Below are positions 1-9,880 of a stretch of 64,000 bases of DNA, piece after piece. The DNA lies in UHGV virus genome UHGV-1421865; one strand, 5' to 3'. Each line of letters opens with the position of its first letter. The first letter of the stretch is position 1. Origin of the DNA: a virus. The translations under genes were made by a program, and so were the position numbers. The notes beneath the pieces were generated by a model. The model was not told the origin of the DNA. It searched no databases and saw nothing but the letters and a program-made list of their open reading frames with translations.

Positions 1-2436
1 TATCTTCACGTCGCCCGGAAATATACTATACAAATTCAAGTTTGTATCGTTCTCGTTTTTTATAACAAGATTAAATCGTTTTTGTGCATACCCCGATGTC
101 AGTTCTTCGTGGTCGAACGAGATATAAGCCCGGTTATTACGATGTAGTTCTACTTTCTTGTCGTCGTATTCCAGGTACACCTTCAGATTAGAATGTAGCT
201 CCGATTCGATAAGAGCTTTGTACTGTTGTAGTTCAGAATTCAGATCTGTTAGTTTATCCTTTAACGACAACATTTTACTGTCCTTGTCCATAAATCCGGA
301 ATAGATGTTCTCCGGTGTATGATAGAACTTACGGTCTTTGGCTAAAATCTTATCGTCGACATGTTCTTGATAACCTTCGTTCAGTAGGTGCCGTATAAAG
401 GCGGACTCTATTAAATCGGCGTTATTTTGTGTAACAATGTTGTATATACTGGTAACGTCGGCGTATTCGTGAGGGAACTGAATGACGAATTCTTCGCTCC
501 ACGGTGTATATAAATCGATAAACGGTTGTCCGATAGAGTATTTGTATCTGAAACGAATCGTAACGTCTTCACCGACGACGATAGGAATATCCAGTTGGTT
601 CCATCGTACACCGACGTCTTGCCCTTCTTTGAAGACTGGTTTGTATGCCCCGGTGACACTGTCGAAGACAATAGAACGTTCTCTTTCTATATTATACTGT
701 TTATTCCATACCGACAACGATGTCTCGCCTCGCGTATTGATACCGGTAATAGCTGTGTTGTTAGAACTTGTATTCGAATACTTGTATTCTATATCTAAAG
801 CGATAACATTGATTTCTTCGTTGTAGGTATCTTTTAACGCCAGTTCTAATGTATCGTACGCAGTAACACCACGGACAGCGAATTTAGGACTTTCAAAACC
901 GTAAACGTCGTCTTTTATGTTATTGATATTGTCTATAATAGAAATATACTGTTTCTGGAGCGCGATTCGGTCTGTGTATTTCTTGTCGATTTCCTTCTTT
1001 AGCTCCGTCGCATTTGTAGCACCTTTCAGTATTTTGGTCTGTGTATCGTCGATACTACTTTGCAACGCCGTTAATGACGCGTTGATGTTCTGTTTTTGTT
1101 TATGTAAGTTAATAACGTCTTTAGAACTGTTGTCGTCGATAAGGTGCTTGTTTATCTGCACAACTTGTACATTATCTCGAACAAAGGTAGCACTAACAAT
1201 ACTTTTTATGGTATCAGAAGTTACTATCTCACTGATAATGAAGTTGTTAAAGTTACGAATAGACGGGTAGGCTACTTCTGTTAGTCCTAATATAATATCG
1301 CCGATGTTACGACAGTATTTTTTATAGTACTGAATGTAGTTCATACGAACATCGTTGTCGTACACATACTGGTTGTTTCTATCCTTTACAAAGACCTTTT
1401 CGAGGTCGACCAGGAACGGTTTACTGAACTCGCCGCGGACGTTATTGACAACCGAGCCGATAAAGACACAAATGTACCTGTTTTCTTCCAGTGGGATGTC
1501 GACGTATCTAAATTCCGAAAAGCTTTCGTTATATAAGACAAAATACATATCCTTGTCCTCGTTAATAGGTTGAAGGACTGTGTGGCCGATTTCCTCTTCT
1601 ACCTCTATATAGAACTTTTTATCGTCGCGATTACTGTTTTCTAATTTAGTTATCTTATATATAACATTACGGCCCGGAATAGTCAGCTTATCGCCGATGC
1701 GAAGGTACTGCTCTATGGCGTTATCTTCTGTTCCGGTGTACTTAAAGGTATTTATTCTGATACGATAGGTGTTATTTAGTCCGTCGATATGAGTGTTGTC
1801 GAGACGGGTTACGTCCAAGATCTCGAATCGACTGTCGTACTTGTTGTATTTTGTCGGCGCGGTGATGTGTGCGTCGTATTCGTCGTAATCGCGACCTGGA
1901 ACATAGTTGAACAGCGCTTGTTTGTATTCTTTGTACGACTGTAGATTGTTCCCCGACAGCAACGTAAAGAGTTCCTGACTGTATATTACAATCTTTTTAT
2001 ATACATATTCGTTTATCGTATCAGGAATGTTCTGAACATTCAGTCGAAGGTACATATACGGCGATACAAGGTCTTTGAGGAAATTGTTATCGCGGATGTG
2101 GACATGTCCAGAGTCGACATATTCGGGTTTGTTCGGTGCCGAGTTCCCTACCGACAGTTCTATTTTGTGCATATTGTCGGCATGTGTCAACCACGCGGAA
2201 CCCGTCTTGTTTAGATTTACCAGCGACTCGATAGAACTACTCAGTTCCTCTACCTTATTGTCTAAATAAAGTAACGATGGAATACGATATTCTGTATCGT
2301 CTTCTAATTTAATAGAAATTTCAGGCGATCTCGACAGTAGACTTTGGTTGATACTAGTGAGCATATTCACCGCGTCGTTGTACATCGACTGCAGTTTTAT
2401 GTAGTATTCTTTTAGAGATGAATTTTCTGTGACCAT
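1..2436 (-). CDS. Hypothetical protein, C-terminus beyond window edge; 812 codons open from ATG at 2436 down to position 1. Possibly structural.
   Basis: Manual reverse-strand translation from ATG at 2436..2434 (MVTENSSLKEYYIKLQ...) found no stop codon through position 1. The frame ends exactly at base 1 (2436 nt = 812 codons). It is absent from the ORF track, presumably because there is no in-window stop. It is translationally coupled to the upstream gene, whose stop is at 2441-2443. Such a long open frame in AT-rich DNA is unlikely by chance. Confidence 0.5.
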   Translation of the reverse strand, partial: MVTENSSLKEYYIKLQSMYNDAVNMLTSINQSLLSRSPEISIKLEDDTEYRIPSLLYLDNKVEELSSSIESLVNLNKTGSAWLTHADNMHKIELSVGNSAPNKPEYVDSGHVHIRDNNFLKDLVSPYMYLRLNVQNIPDTINEYVYKKIVIYSQELFTLLSGNNLQSYKEYKQALFNYVPGRDYDEYDAHITAPTKYNKYDSRFEILDVTRLDNTHIDGLNNTYRIRINTFKYTGTEDNAIEQYLRIGDKLTIPGRNVIYKITKLENSNRDDKKFYIEVEEEIGHTVLQPINEDKDMYFVLYNESFSEFRYVDIPLEENRYICVFIGSVVNNVRGEFSKPFLVDLEKVFVKDRNNQYVYDNDVRMNYIQYYKKYCRNIGDIILGLTEVAYPSIRNFNNFIISEIVTSDTIKSIVSATFVRDNVQVVQINKHLIDDNSSKDVINLHKQKQNINASLTALQSSIDDTQTKILKGATNATELKKEIDKKYTDRIALQKQYISIIDNINNIKDDVYGFESPKFAVRGVTAYDTLELALKDTYNEEINVIALDIEYKYSNTSSNNTAITGINTRGETSLSVWNKQYNIERERSIVFDSVTGAYKPVFKEGQDVGVRWNQLDIPIVVGEDVTIRFRYKYSIGQPFIDLYTPWSEEFVIQFPHEYADVTSIYNIVTQNNADLIESAFIRHLLNEGYQEHVDDKILAKDRKFYHTPENIYSGFMDKDSKMLSLKDKLTDLNSELQQYKALIESELHSNLKVYLEYDDKKVELHRNNRAYISFDHEELTSGYAQKRFNLVIKNENDTNLNLYSIFPGDVKI

Positions 2437-2440
2437 AATG

Positions 2441-3643
2441 TTAGTTTATCGTTGTTGATGTTGTATCGAGATTCCAGCGTAAGGTATCTAAGATAGTTCT
2501 AAATTCGTCTAATTGCTTCTGGTTGTTCTGTTGTAGTTCTTTGAAGTTGGCCATCAACGTCTTTTGGACATTGTCTAACACAGTCTGTGACGACGACTGT
2601 GCCGTTATATTGTCTATTCTTGTATTTACGTCCATCAACTGACTCGATAAGGTATCTACTTTATTAGACAGAGCTGCAATCTGCGACAGTACCTGTGCGA
2701 AGGTGGCGAACGAATTGGTGATTTCTGAATTCCGTGCCTCCGAGGGCATTTGTTTAGAATATGGGAAGGGCTTGAACTGTGAGGCTATCGAAAGCGACCA
2801 TGTCGGTGCGAAGCCAGATACCTTGTCTCTTTTAAGGACAATATCGTCACCGAACCAGATACCGTACGGCACATTGATAGTACCCGTCGCTGGTAGTTGT
2901 TCACTGTCCTTAGAAAGTTCGCTTAGCGAGATATTATTCGTGACATAATTTGTATCGACCAAGTCGAACAGTGGTATAATACAGTTGAATACAAGCTCGT
3001 CTTTGACGGTACTGTTGTCTGTTACTTTAACATATTTGTTGGCTAATGTAGAATAGTAGTTTTTACCGTCTTGTGTAGTGTCAAATTCTGTTTCCAATGT
3101 AGACCATTCTGTGTTCGACAGCTCCTGTTCTGTCCAGCCGTACAGTCTTGTTTTGTTATCGGTTACTTCGATGAAACTTGTATTGTCTTGGGTTGTATCA
3201 GTAGGTTTGACTGTCCCACCAAGTTCAGTACTAACAATACTGTCTAAATTAACAATACAAATGGTGTCGGTATAGGTACCGTTATAGTCTTGTTCTGTTA
3301 TTTCGTTTATAGCACGTACTTCAAATCCGTCTATACTATCGTTGATAATACAGTCCAATAGATAGTTTAACGGTAGTAGCACATCGTTTGCCTTCGACCT
3401 ACTCTGACCGTCGAAATGGTCACGTAAGAATGCCAGTTTAGACTCGTAGTGTTTTATTAAGCTTTCTATTATAATAGGTTTATTCGTTTCAATGTTGGGA
3501 ATATAACAACAAAGGAATCTGGAGGGGTATAGTTTGGTATATGTCGACAAGAAATGACCCGTTAGTGCTTCGGTGTAATTACTAAACGTCAAAAACTTAC
3601 TGTCCGGACCGTCTTTATAAAATAAATTAGTTCTTCTTTTCAT
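2441..3643 (-). CDS. Hypothetical protein, 400 aa (possibly virion or structural)
   Basis: Long ORF with a coiled-coil-like C-terminus. It is preceded by a palindrome-rich upstream region. No recognisable catalytic motifs. Confidence 0.5.
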   Translation of the reverse strand: MKRRTNLFYKDGPDSKFLTFSNYTEALTGHFLSTYTKLYPSRFLCCYIPNIETNKPIIIESLIKHYESKLAFLRDHFDGQSRSKANDVLLPLNYLLDCIINDSIDGFEVRAINEITEQDYNGTYTDTICIVNLDSIVSTELGGTVKPTDTTQDNTSFIEVTDNKTRLYGWTEQELSNTEWSTLETEFDTTQDGKNYYSTLANKYVKVTDNSTVKDELVFNCIIPLFDLVDTNYVTNNISLSELSKDSEQLPATGTINVPYGIWFGDDIVLKRDKVSGFAPTWSLSIASQFKPFPYSKQMPSEARNSEITNSFATFAQVLSQIAALSNKVDTLSSQLMDVNTRIDNITAQSSSQTVLDNVQKTLMANFKELQQNNQKQLDEFRTILDTLRWNLDTTSTTIN

Positions 3644-3659
3644 GTGTTCTCTTTATAGT

Positions 3660-3790
3660 GATACAATTAAAAATCTCTATCAGAGATTTTATATTTGAAC
3701 TTTGTTCAAATCAAAAATCTGCGTCGCAGATTTCATATTTCAATTTATTGAAATCAAAAATCTATATCATCTGTTTTGTACCATCTTCTT
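3660..3790 (-). promoter_or_regulatory. Array of distinct palindromic hairpins with shared AAATC...GATTT arms, immediately upstream of gene 2441..3643
   Basis: aaaatctctatcagagatttt, tgaactttgttca, aaatctgcgtcgcagattt and ttcaatttattgaa are perfect palindromes flanked by A/T runs. The same architecture and the shared ttcaatttattgaaatcaaaaatc motif recur at 56038..56135. Confidence 0.35.
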
Positions 3791-3805
3791 ATAACTTATA
3801 AAACG

Positions 3806-3950
3806 CCCAAAAATTTGCTCTCTACCACACGATTTTTGTTGAGGCTTAGTAGTACCAAGGTAAGTGTATTTGAGTGCGTCAGAGAGCCTAAAAAGTGCCT
3901 TTATGGACGTGTTATGATTCTACTGTAGCCTACCCAGAACAGAAACCGTC
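3806..3950 (+). repeat. Conserved structured intergenic element, copy A (8-copy family)
   Basis: Shares the family core: caaaaatttgctctct...cgatttttNtt...ccaaggt...atttgagtgcgtcagagagcctaaaaagtgcctttatggacgtg ... aacagaaacc. It is followed by the hairpin cagacg...cgtctg at about 3961-4003. Confidence 0.6.
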
Positions 3951-4007
3951 AAAAAATCAACAAAAAACAGACGCATTCTAGTTAAAGAACACGTCTGCTT
4001 GTTCAAA

Positions 4008-4922
4008 TTATAATATAGAATAAATCAAAGATTCTGTTCTGTTCTGCCACTGTCCGGATTTAATACTTCTTCTGATAGGTATATATTCTATTTTGTATCG
4101 TTTGTCGTTATATAGTGTCTCGAAGAATTTATCTGAGCCACTCGTATCGGAATTCGACTGTACCGTACACCCGCCGTTACTTATAATGTAATCTGATAAT
4201 TCTTTAATTTGTTTTTGACAAGAGTCGTCAAACGAGTTAGCGGTATAGCTACTGTATTCCGAATTGGTTTTGACTACATAATACGGTGGGTCGAAATATA
4301 CAAACGTCTTTTCGTCTTTGTTGTATACTTCTTTTAACAGACTATTAAAGTCTTTATTGTACAGTTCTGCTCTTTGTAGTAACGTAGAACATTCCTTAAG
4401 TGTATCAACATCAAATACAGCTGGATTCTTTTTACAACCGTGAGATACATTATATAAACCTTTTGAGTTTTCTCTGTACAGGCCATTGAATCCTGTCTTA
4501 TTAATGAACATAAAAAGTGCAGCGGACCGTACTGTGTTTTTAGGTTCTGCATTGTACTCGTCCCGACAGCGATAGTACATGTCTTCTCTGTCTGTACTAC
4601 CAAATTCATAACCTACATATTCTAATCTAAGATCAGTAAGTAAGTCAATCAAAGCATCTACATTGTCTCTAATTTGTTTATATACGTTAATAAGACCGGT
4701 ATTGACGTCATTTATCACGACACGCTTACAGTTTTTATAATGTTTTAGTATATAAAGCGACAATGCAGCGCTGCCGGCGAAAGGTTCTATAAAAGTGAAC
4801 TCCGGTGAGTTTAATATGTCTTTGTTTGTATGTGACAGTATAGTATCGATAATAGTATGTTTAGAACCGACCCATTTCAACACTTTCGGAATATCTACTT
4901 TATATTGTTTTATATCATTCAT
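4008..4922 (-). CDS. dam: DNA N6-adenine methyltransferase (Dam/D12 class)
   Basis: Motif I FIEPFAGSAALSL and motif IV FDPPYY, in the order typical of Dam-like adenine MTases. Confidence 0.85.
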   Translation of the reverse strand: MNDIKQYKVDIPKVLKWVGSKHTIIDTILSHTNKDILNSPEFTFIEPFAGSAALSLYILKHYKNCKRVVINDVNTGLINVYKQIRDNVDALIDLLTDLRLEYVGYEFGSTDREDMYYRCRDEYNAEPKNTVRSAALFMFINKTGFNGLYRENSKGLYNVSHGCKKNPAVFDVDTLKECSTLLQRAELYNKDFNSLLKEVYNKDEKTFVYFDPPYYVVKTNSEYSSYTANSFDDSCQKQIKELSDYIISNGGCTVQSNSDTSGSDKFFETLYNDKRYKIEYIPIRRSIKSGQWQNRTESLIYSIL

Positions 4923-4942
4923 GTAACTTAATTTACGAAGTT

Positions 4943-5443
4943 TTAACCACGAAGTGTTATTATTCTCTGATTGACAGAGCCTCTAAACTTTAAGTTCAAG
5001 TCTTTCTGCGACTCTTCGAAACGCCCGTCGACTAAGGTACCGATATAGTCCAAATACGGTCGACACAGTTCGTTCTGTTGTAAGTCTTCTAACAAATAAC
5101 CTGTCCATACCCATACGTCGGTAGTGTACTTGTTAATTAGTTTGAACAGTTCTAGTACGTCTTCAGAAGCCTGCACATGCCCGTTCCATGCGTGGTAGAA
5201 AGGATCACCCCCTAAGATAGATACTTTTACAGGTGTCGACGTATATGATTTTAGAAGAGACTCTATATAAGGTAATTTGTCTGTCAACAAATCCCCTTTA
5301 TTCGGGTCCCAGGTATGTGGTGACCAACACCCTTTACAGGCATTAGAACAACCACTCAACCATATCGACAGTCGAATACCCGGACCGTTCTGTACGTCGT
5401 ATTTATGAATTGCTAAGACACGTGATTGCATTGTATCTGTCAT
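4943..5443 (-). CDS. nrdG: Anaerobic ribonucleotide reductase activating protein (radical SAM)
   Basis: Cysteine motif CSNACKGC, plus [15 protein letters not shown] and RGSVNQ, which match NrdG signatures (DIWVWTGY, VLVDGKF, RGSSNQ in E. coli NrdG). The 5' end overlaps the glyA 3' end by 41 nt, so the true start may be the internal Met. Confidence 0.9.
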   Translation of the reverse strand: MTDTMQSRVLAIHKYDVQNGPGIRLSIWLSGCSNACKGCWSPHTWDPNKGDLLTDKLPYIESLLKSYTSTPVKVSILGGDPFYHAWNGHVQASEDVLELFKLINKYTTDVWVWTGYLLEDLQQNELCRPYLDYIGTLVDGRFEESQKDLNLKFRGSVNQRIITLRG

Positions 5444-6731
5444 CTTGATTTGGTATTATTTGATGTAGTTCGAATTGCTCGGCAAATTCCTTAACTTCCG
5501 TCTTAATAGCCTGCAAGGCATCGTCGTCATTCCACTTGTCGATAGCACGCACGATAAAGTTAGCGACCCATACCATATCCTCTTCGTCCATACCTCTTGT
5601 TGTTAGAGCTGCAGTACCAATTCTGATGCCAGATGTTTGGAACGGACTTCGCTTGTCGTACGGTATCATGTTCTTATTAACGGTGATACCGGCTTTTTCT
5701 AATGCGATTTCTACCTGCTTTCCTGTAAGGTCGGGATGTGCGTACGTTAGGTCGACCAAGAAAGAGTGATTGTCTGTACCACCCGACACAATTCGTTCAC
5801 CCCAGTGTTGTAGACTTGTAGCCAACGCTTGTGCGTTCTTAATTACTTGCTGTGCATATAATCGAAATTCTGGTTCACAAGCCTCTTCGAAACATACGCA
5901 TTTCGCTGCGATGACATTCTCCAACGGACCGCCTTGAATACCAGGAAAGACCATACTATCGATGACTTCCGACATCATTTTTACGCTGCCGTCTTTCTTT
6001 CGTAGACCTTTAGGATTTTCAAAGTCTTTTCCCATCAAGATAATACCGCCACGAGGTCCGCGCAATGTCTTGTGTGTCGTCGATGTTACAATATGTGCGT
6101 ACTTTACAGGGTTACTCAAACATTTACCGGCGATAAGTCCCGCGGTATGTGCCATATCGACAACAAGGACCGCACCGATACTATCGGCGATCTGTCGAAG
6201 ACGTTCCCAGTCCCATTCTCTGGAATATGCCGACGCACCTGTCATAATCATTTTGGGACGATGTGAGGTAGCTAACAATTCTAATTCGCTGTAGTCTACA
6301 CGTTCTGTGTTGGGGTCTACATGATACGGAATAGGTTTGTAAAGCATACCAGACAGATTAACAGGAGAGCCGTGAGTAAGGTGGCCGCCGTGTGCCAAGT
6401 CGAGACCTAAGAATTTATCACCTGGTTCCAGTACAGCATTGAAAACAGCCTGGTTCGCTTGAGACCCAGAGTGTGGTTGAACATTGGCATACGTCGCATC
6501 GAACAATTTACAAACAGTATCAATAGCTCGTTGTTCTATTTTGTCTATTACTTCACAGCCACCGTAGTATCGTCTGCCGGGATAACCTTCAGCGTACTTA
6601 TTAGTAAGTACAGAACCCAAGGCGTACAATACGCCATTCGATACATAGTTTTCTGAGGCAATCAGTTCGAGACCGAACAGCTGCCGCTGAGTTTCGTCTA
6701 ATATAAGATCGTATACATTTTTTTCAAGCAT
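5403..6731 (-). CDS. glyA: Serine hydroxymethyltransferase
   Basis: PLP-lysine motif [12 protein letters not shown], plus [12 protein letters not shown] and GGHLTHG. Full-length, 442 aa. Confidence 0.95.
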   Translation of the reverse strand: MLEKNVYDLILDETQRQLFGLELIASENYVSNGVLYALGSVLTNKYAEGYPGRRYYGGCEVIDKIEQRAIDTVCKLFDATYANVQPHSGSQANQAVFNAVLEPGDKFLGLDLAHGGHLTHGSPVNLSGMLYKPIPYHVDPNTERVDYSELELLATSHRPKMIMTGASAYSREWDWERLRQIADSIGAVLVVDMAHTAGLIAGKCLSNPVKYAHIVTSTTHKTLRGPRGGIILMGKDFENPKGLRKKDGSVKMMSEVIDSMVFPGIQGGPLENVIAAKCVCFEEACEPEFRLYAQQVIKNAQALATSLQHWGERIVSGGTDNHSFLVDLTYAHPDLTGKQVEIALEKAGITVNKNMIPYDKRSPFQTSGIRIGTAALTTRGMDEEDMVWVANFIVRAIDKWNDDDALQAIKTEVKEFAEQFELHQIIPNQDDRYNAITCLSNS

Positions 6732-6737
6732 ATATTA

Positions 6738-7304
6738 TTAATCTTTAAGTTTTTCTATAAGTCTTTTGAAATTTTCTAATTTTACCGACAAGTCTTTCTC
6801 GATAGAGACAAAATTTATTCTTTTAAGCTTGTCGAAAAAATTAGTTGTGAAGTTTTCAAAACGTCTACTGTAGTCACCAAGTACATCGGTAGAGAGTATA
6901 TCAAAATTGGTATTGATACGAATTGGATCGTCATACATAACATTCATATAATATGACGTACTTAGACTACCTGTATTAGTGTTATAATAACAAACAACCT
7001 TAATAGAAGTTATGTCGGTACCGATAATGAATTTATCTGTTTCAAACGAATAAATATCATACTCACTATTTAAATCTATACGTTCTGTTTTATCATTTAT
7101 ATCATCACTGTAAATCTCGTAAAAGTCACGTAGCATTGTTGTGATAAGGATACCGTCAATAATAGCCTCTTTATTTGAATCGATGAACTCCTCGATTTGT
7201 TTTATACTACTATTGATACGCTCGATATAGATCGTCGCCCTGTCGTTTACGAACTTATTATAGTCTTCTATTGTATCATTAAACAAGTTTAGAATCTTGC
7301 TCAT
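6738..7304 (-). CDS. Hypothetical protein, member 1 of a 4-gene tandem paralog array
   Basis: Shares NKEA(I/L)IDG(I/L) near residue 45 and a C-terminal FxSx.DL.K.L...E.L. block with 7660..8253, 8264..8851 and 8848..9408. Confidence 0.5.
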   Translation of the reverse strand: MSKILNLFNDTIEDYNKFVNDRATIYIERINSSIKQIEEFIDSNKEAIIDGILITTMLRDFYEIYSDDINDKTERIDLNSEYDIYSFETDKFIIGTDITSIKVVCYYNTNTGSLSTSYYMNVMYDDPIRINTNFDILSTDVLGDYSRRFENFTTNFFDKLKRINFVSIEKDLSVKLENFKRLIEKLKD

Positions 7305-7660
7305 TTTGTTTTGGATTGTTTACTGTTTGGATTGTCTGTCATAGAAAAACCTGTAATGTGTTTTCTAGTAAACTGTTGCGCGTTATCGTCGCCACCGTAC
7401 AGTCTACGATACAGGTATTTGATAATTAGCCCTATCAACATACAACCACACCAAATACTTAAGAAAATACCGTACAGAAACGGAAATATCGATAGAAAGA
7501 CAATATGGTTATCTGTCGTCTCACTATAATAGGTAAATTCCGTGTCAGGTCCGATGTTGTTATACACGACGCGCAGTTTCAGAAACAGAAGAAAACACAC
7601 TATATTAAATACGACACCGACGATGTGCAGTAAGAAATATATAATTGTGGTCTGTGTCAT
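7301..7660 (-). CDS. Small membrane protein (2-3 predicted TM helices) embedded in the paralog array
   Basis: Hydrophobic stretches IIYFLLHIVGVVFNIVCFLLFL and FLSIFPFLYGIFLSIWCGCMLIGLII. Start and stop overlap the neighbouring genes. Confidence 0.45.
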   Translation of the reverse strand: MTQTTIIYFLLHIVGVVFNIVCFLLFLKLRVVYNNIGPDTEFTYYSETTDNHIVFLSIFPFLYGIFLSIWCGCMLIGLIIKYLYRRLYGGDDNAQQFTRKHITGFSMTDNPNSKQSKTK

Positions 7661-8253
7661 TATATGCTTGATTCTATTTCTTTCAAGTTCTTATTTAACT
7701 CATCTTTTACCGACTTAAAATTATAATAAAACTTTCGTTGTTCAACGTATGTAATCAACTTATCAAACGACTCGATGATACATGTTAGCAACTGTGTGCT
7801 ACAGGACGGAGCAATTACTTCTACTGTAAGACCGTCATTTAGCGCTTGTCCGTTATTGTCGGTAATAAGAAATTTAATCACATAATCATTCTCACCGTAA
7901 TAAAACACCGGTTTAACATAGATAAAACTGTTATTGAATTTAACAGTACAATCATCCGGTTTATTTATAATACAATATGATAAACCGTCAATTTGTTCAA
8001 ATTTATAAATACCGCAATTTGAATAGATAACAGACGGGTCTAAATTAGAATCCGGGTTGGCTAGTTTGAATTGGTTTAATAACTGCCATGCAGTAAGACC
8101 GTCAATAAGCGCTTCTTTGTTCGAAGAAAAGAACTTGATGAAATAATTCATCTGTTTAGACAGTGTATTTAACAGCGTCGATCTTCTATTTTCTTCTACG
8201 TTACTATATTGTTTAATAAGGTTACTAACCTTGTCAGTAATTTCGTAGTCCAT
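7660..8253 (-). CDS. Hypothetical protein, paralog array member 2
   Basis: NKEALIDGLTAWQLLNQF and C-terminal YNFKSVKDELNKNLKEIE motifs shared with the other array members. Confidence 0.5.
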   Translation of the reverse strand: MDYEITDKVSNLIKQYSNVEENRRSTLLNTLSKQMNYFIKFFSSNKEALIDGLTAWQLLNQFKLANPDSNLDPSVIYSNCGIYKFEQIDGLSYCIINKPDDCTVKFNNSFIYVKPVFYYGENDYVIKFLITDNNGQALNDGLTVEVIAPSCSTQLLTCIIESFDKLITYVEQRKFYYNFKSVKDELNKNLKEIESSI

Positions 8254-8263
8254 TTGGTTTGTA

Positions 8264-8851
8264 TTATTGTAATTGTAGTTTAATGTCTTCGAATGTTTTA
8301 TTTAACTCGTTGTACACCGACAGAAAACCGCTGCATCTTAGGATTTCTCTGAATTTATTCACCATCTTTTCAAGACATTTATCGATAGCGTGCAACTCTT
8401 CTTTGGTATATGTCATGTTATCCAAATCACCATAGCTCAAATTTATGTACCCACTATTGCGATAAATAGTCAGGTAAGACGTAAATTCATTAGTAGGGGG
8501 ATTTACAACCGTAGTAAACGATACTCTAAACATATCGTTTGTACCGACCGGTGCAACATCGATAGAATAATAGTTTATAATAAAGCCATTTTCCTCGGGT
8601 ACGAATTTATATAAACCAGATTTGTGGTCTAGCGCTGTTCGAAAGTCTTTATTTGTAACAGTTTTGTATTCGTTCGAAAACTTACGAAGTACATCTAACG
8701 TCTTCAAACTTTCGACAATACCTTCTTTTTGTCCGTCACAGAAATCGTTAAAGTGATTAAACTTTTCTTTAATACGTTCTATAAGTGTACTTTCCTGTTG
8801 GTTTTGTTTGTACGTCTTAAACAAGGATTCCATTTCGCTTGCAATGTTCAT
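8264..8851 (-). CDS. Hypothetical protein, paralog array member 3
   Basis: GLYKF, IDKCLEKMVNKF and LSVYNELNKTFEDIK blocks are shared with 8848..9408. Confidence 0.5.
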   Translation of the reverse strand: MNIASEMESLFKTYKQNQQESTLIERIKEKFNHFNDFCDGQKEGIVESLKTLDVLRKFSNEYKTVTNKDFRTALDHKSGLYKFVPEENGFIINYYSIDVAPVGTNDMFRVSFTTVVNPPTNEFTSYLTIYRNSGYINLSYGDLDNMTYTKEELHAIDKCLEKMVNKFREILRCSGFLSVYNELNKTFEDIKLQLQ

Positions 8852-9408
8852 AGTAGTTCTTTTTTAATTTGTTCTAATGTTTTCTTTAGTTCGTCGTTCA
8901 CCGATTTGAAATTACTGCTGTATTTGATCTCGTTAAATTTCTTAATCATCTTATCAAGACACTTTTCGATAGTACACAACTCTGCGTTGTTATAGCAGTC
9001 CATTTTCTTTATATCGGCATAGTTTACTATTCTATGACAACCGTAGCGATAAATTACAAGACGCGTAATAAATTCGTTATTTTCTTCACCATTTACAGTA
9101 AAATCGACTACCACACTAAATCCCTCGCCTGTCGAAGGTACTGTTTCATAATTTTCACCGTAGCGTATAATAACACTTCTATTTTCACGCTGGAATTTGT
9201 ACAAACCATTTTTATGATCTAACTCACTGGGAAGTATTTCTGCGGAGAAGTCATTGATAACATCCAACATATTCAATCCGTCGGCGATAGCTTCTTTGTT
9301 TTCCAAAAAGAATTTACGAAAGAAATTGAACTTTTCTTGTATACGACTTATAATAACAAGCTTATTTTCTTTTTTCTTGTTTTTGTGTTCTTCCAACACC
9401 GCTATCAA
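8848..9408 (-). CDS. Hypothetical protein, paralog array member 4
   Basis: NKEAIADGLNMLDV, GLYKF, IEKCLDKMIKKF and FKSVNDELKKTLEQIK. Confidence 0.5.
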   Translation of the reverse strand: MIAVLEEHKNKKKENKLVIISRIQEKFNFFRKFFLENKEAIADGLNMLDVINDFSAEILPSELDHKNGLYKFQRENRSVIIRYGENYETVPSTGEGFSVVVDFTVNGEENNEFITRLVIYRYGCHRIVNYADIKKMDCYNNAELCTIEKCLDKMIKKFNEIKYSSNFKSVNDELKKTLEQIKKELL

Positions 9409-9454
9409 TTCACTTGTGATACTTATATTCTGAGGACTTTATTGTTATATATAT

Positions 9455-9540
9455 ATTATATAGTCTACTTTGTGAACAAAATCAGCATGTAAAACATACA
9501 AAATCAGTGTACTTGTGCACAAAAATCAATGTACCAAATT
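9455..9540 (+). promoter_or_regulatory. Divergent intergenic region carrying three copies of the TTTGTGA-N-AAAATCAGTGTA-type motif
   Basis: tttgtgaacaaaatcagcatg, aaaatcagtgtac and gtgcacaaaaatcaatgtacc lie between the divergent genes 8848..9408(-) and 9586..9867(+). The same motif family recurs at 25885, 26905, 29595, 34265, 39020, 39250, 52640 and 58010-58130. Confidence 0.35.
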
Positions 9541-9585
9541 AGAATAGAGTGATTTTCAAATAAGACGTATATAAAGAACACCGAC

Positions 9586-9867
9586 ATGTCTATCACCGAG
9601 ACTAATACACACACCAGTACGAGCGCCATACAGTGGCCCGGTTATGTCTTTATATATAAGAACGAAAACAATCGCATTGTAATATATTTCTATAAAGGTC
9701 TGGAATACAATGAGTTAGACTTGTCTGAAATAGACGTACCGTATGAAATAGAATATATAAGTGACGGTGCTGTCAAACTATCGTTTTTAACTGATATTTC
9801 TTATATAAAATGTAAGTTAGTAAAAACAGACGGGTCATACGAGTATATCCGATATAAATCAAACTAA
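9586..9867 (+). CDS. Hypothetical protein, 93 aa
   Basis: ORF directly downstream of the motif cluster. No recognisable domain. Confidence 0.45.
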   Translation: MSITETNTHTSTSAIQWPGYVFIYKNENNRIVIYFYKGLEYNELDLSEIDVPYEIEYISDGAVKLSFLTDISYIKCKLVKTDGSYEYIRYKSN

Positions 9868-9880
9868 AACGAATCAAAAT

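Noticed and set aside
482-2269. Plus-strand ORFs 482..826, 526..798, 917..1270, 1355..1573 and 2075..2269 from the track
   Set aside because: They are low-complexity and lie antisense to a continuous 812-codon minus-strand ORF that runs off the window edge. They are most likely spurious.
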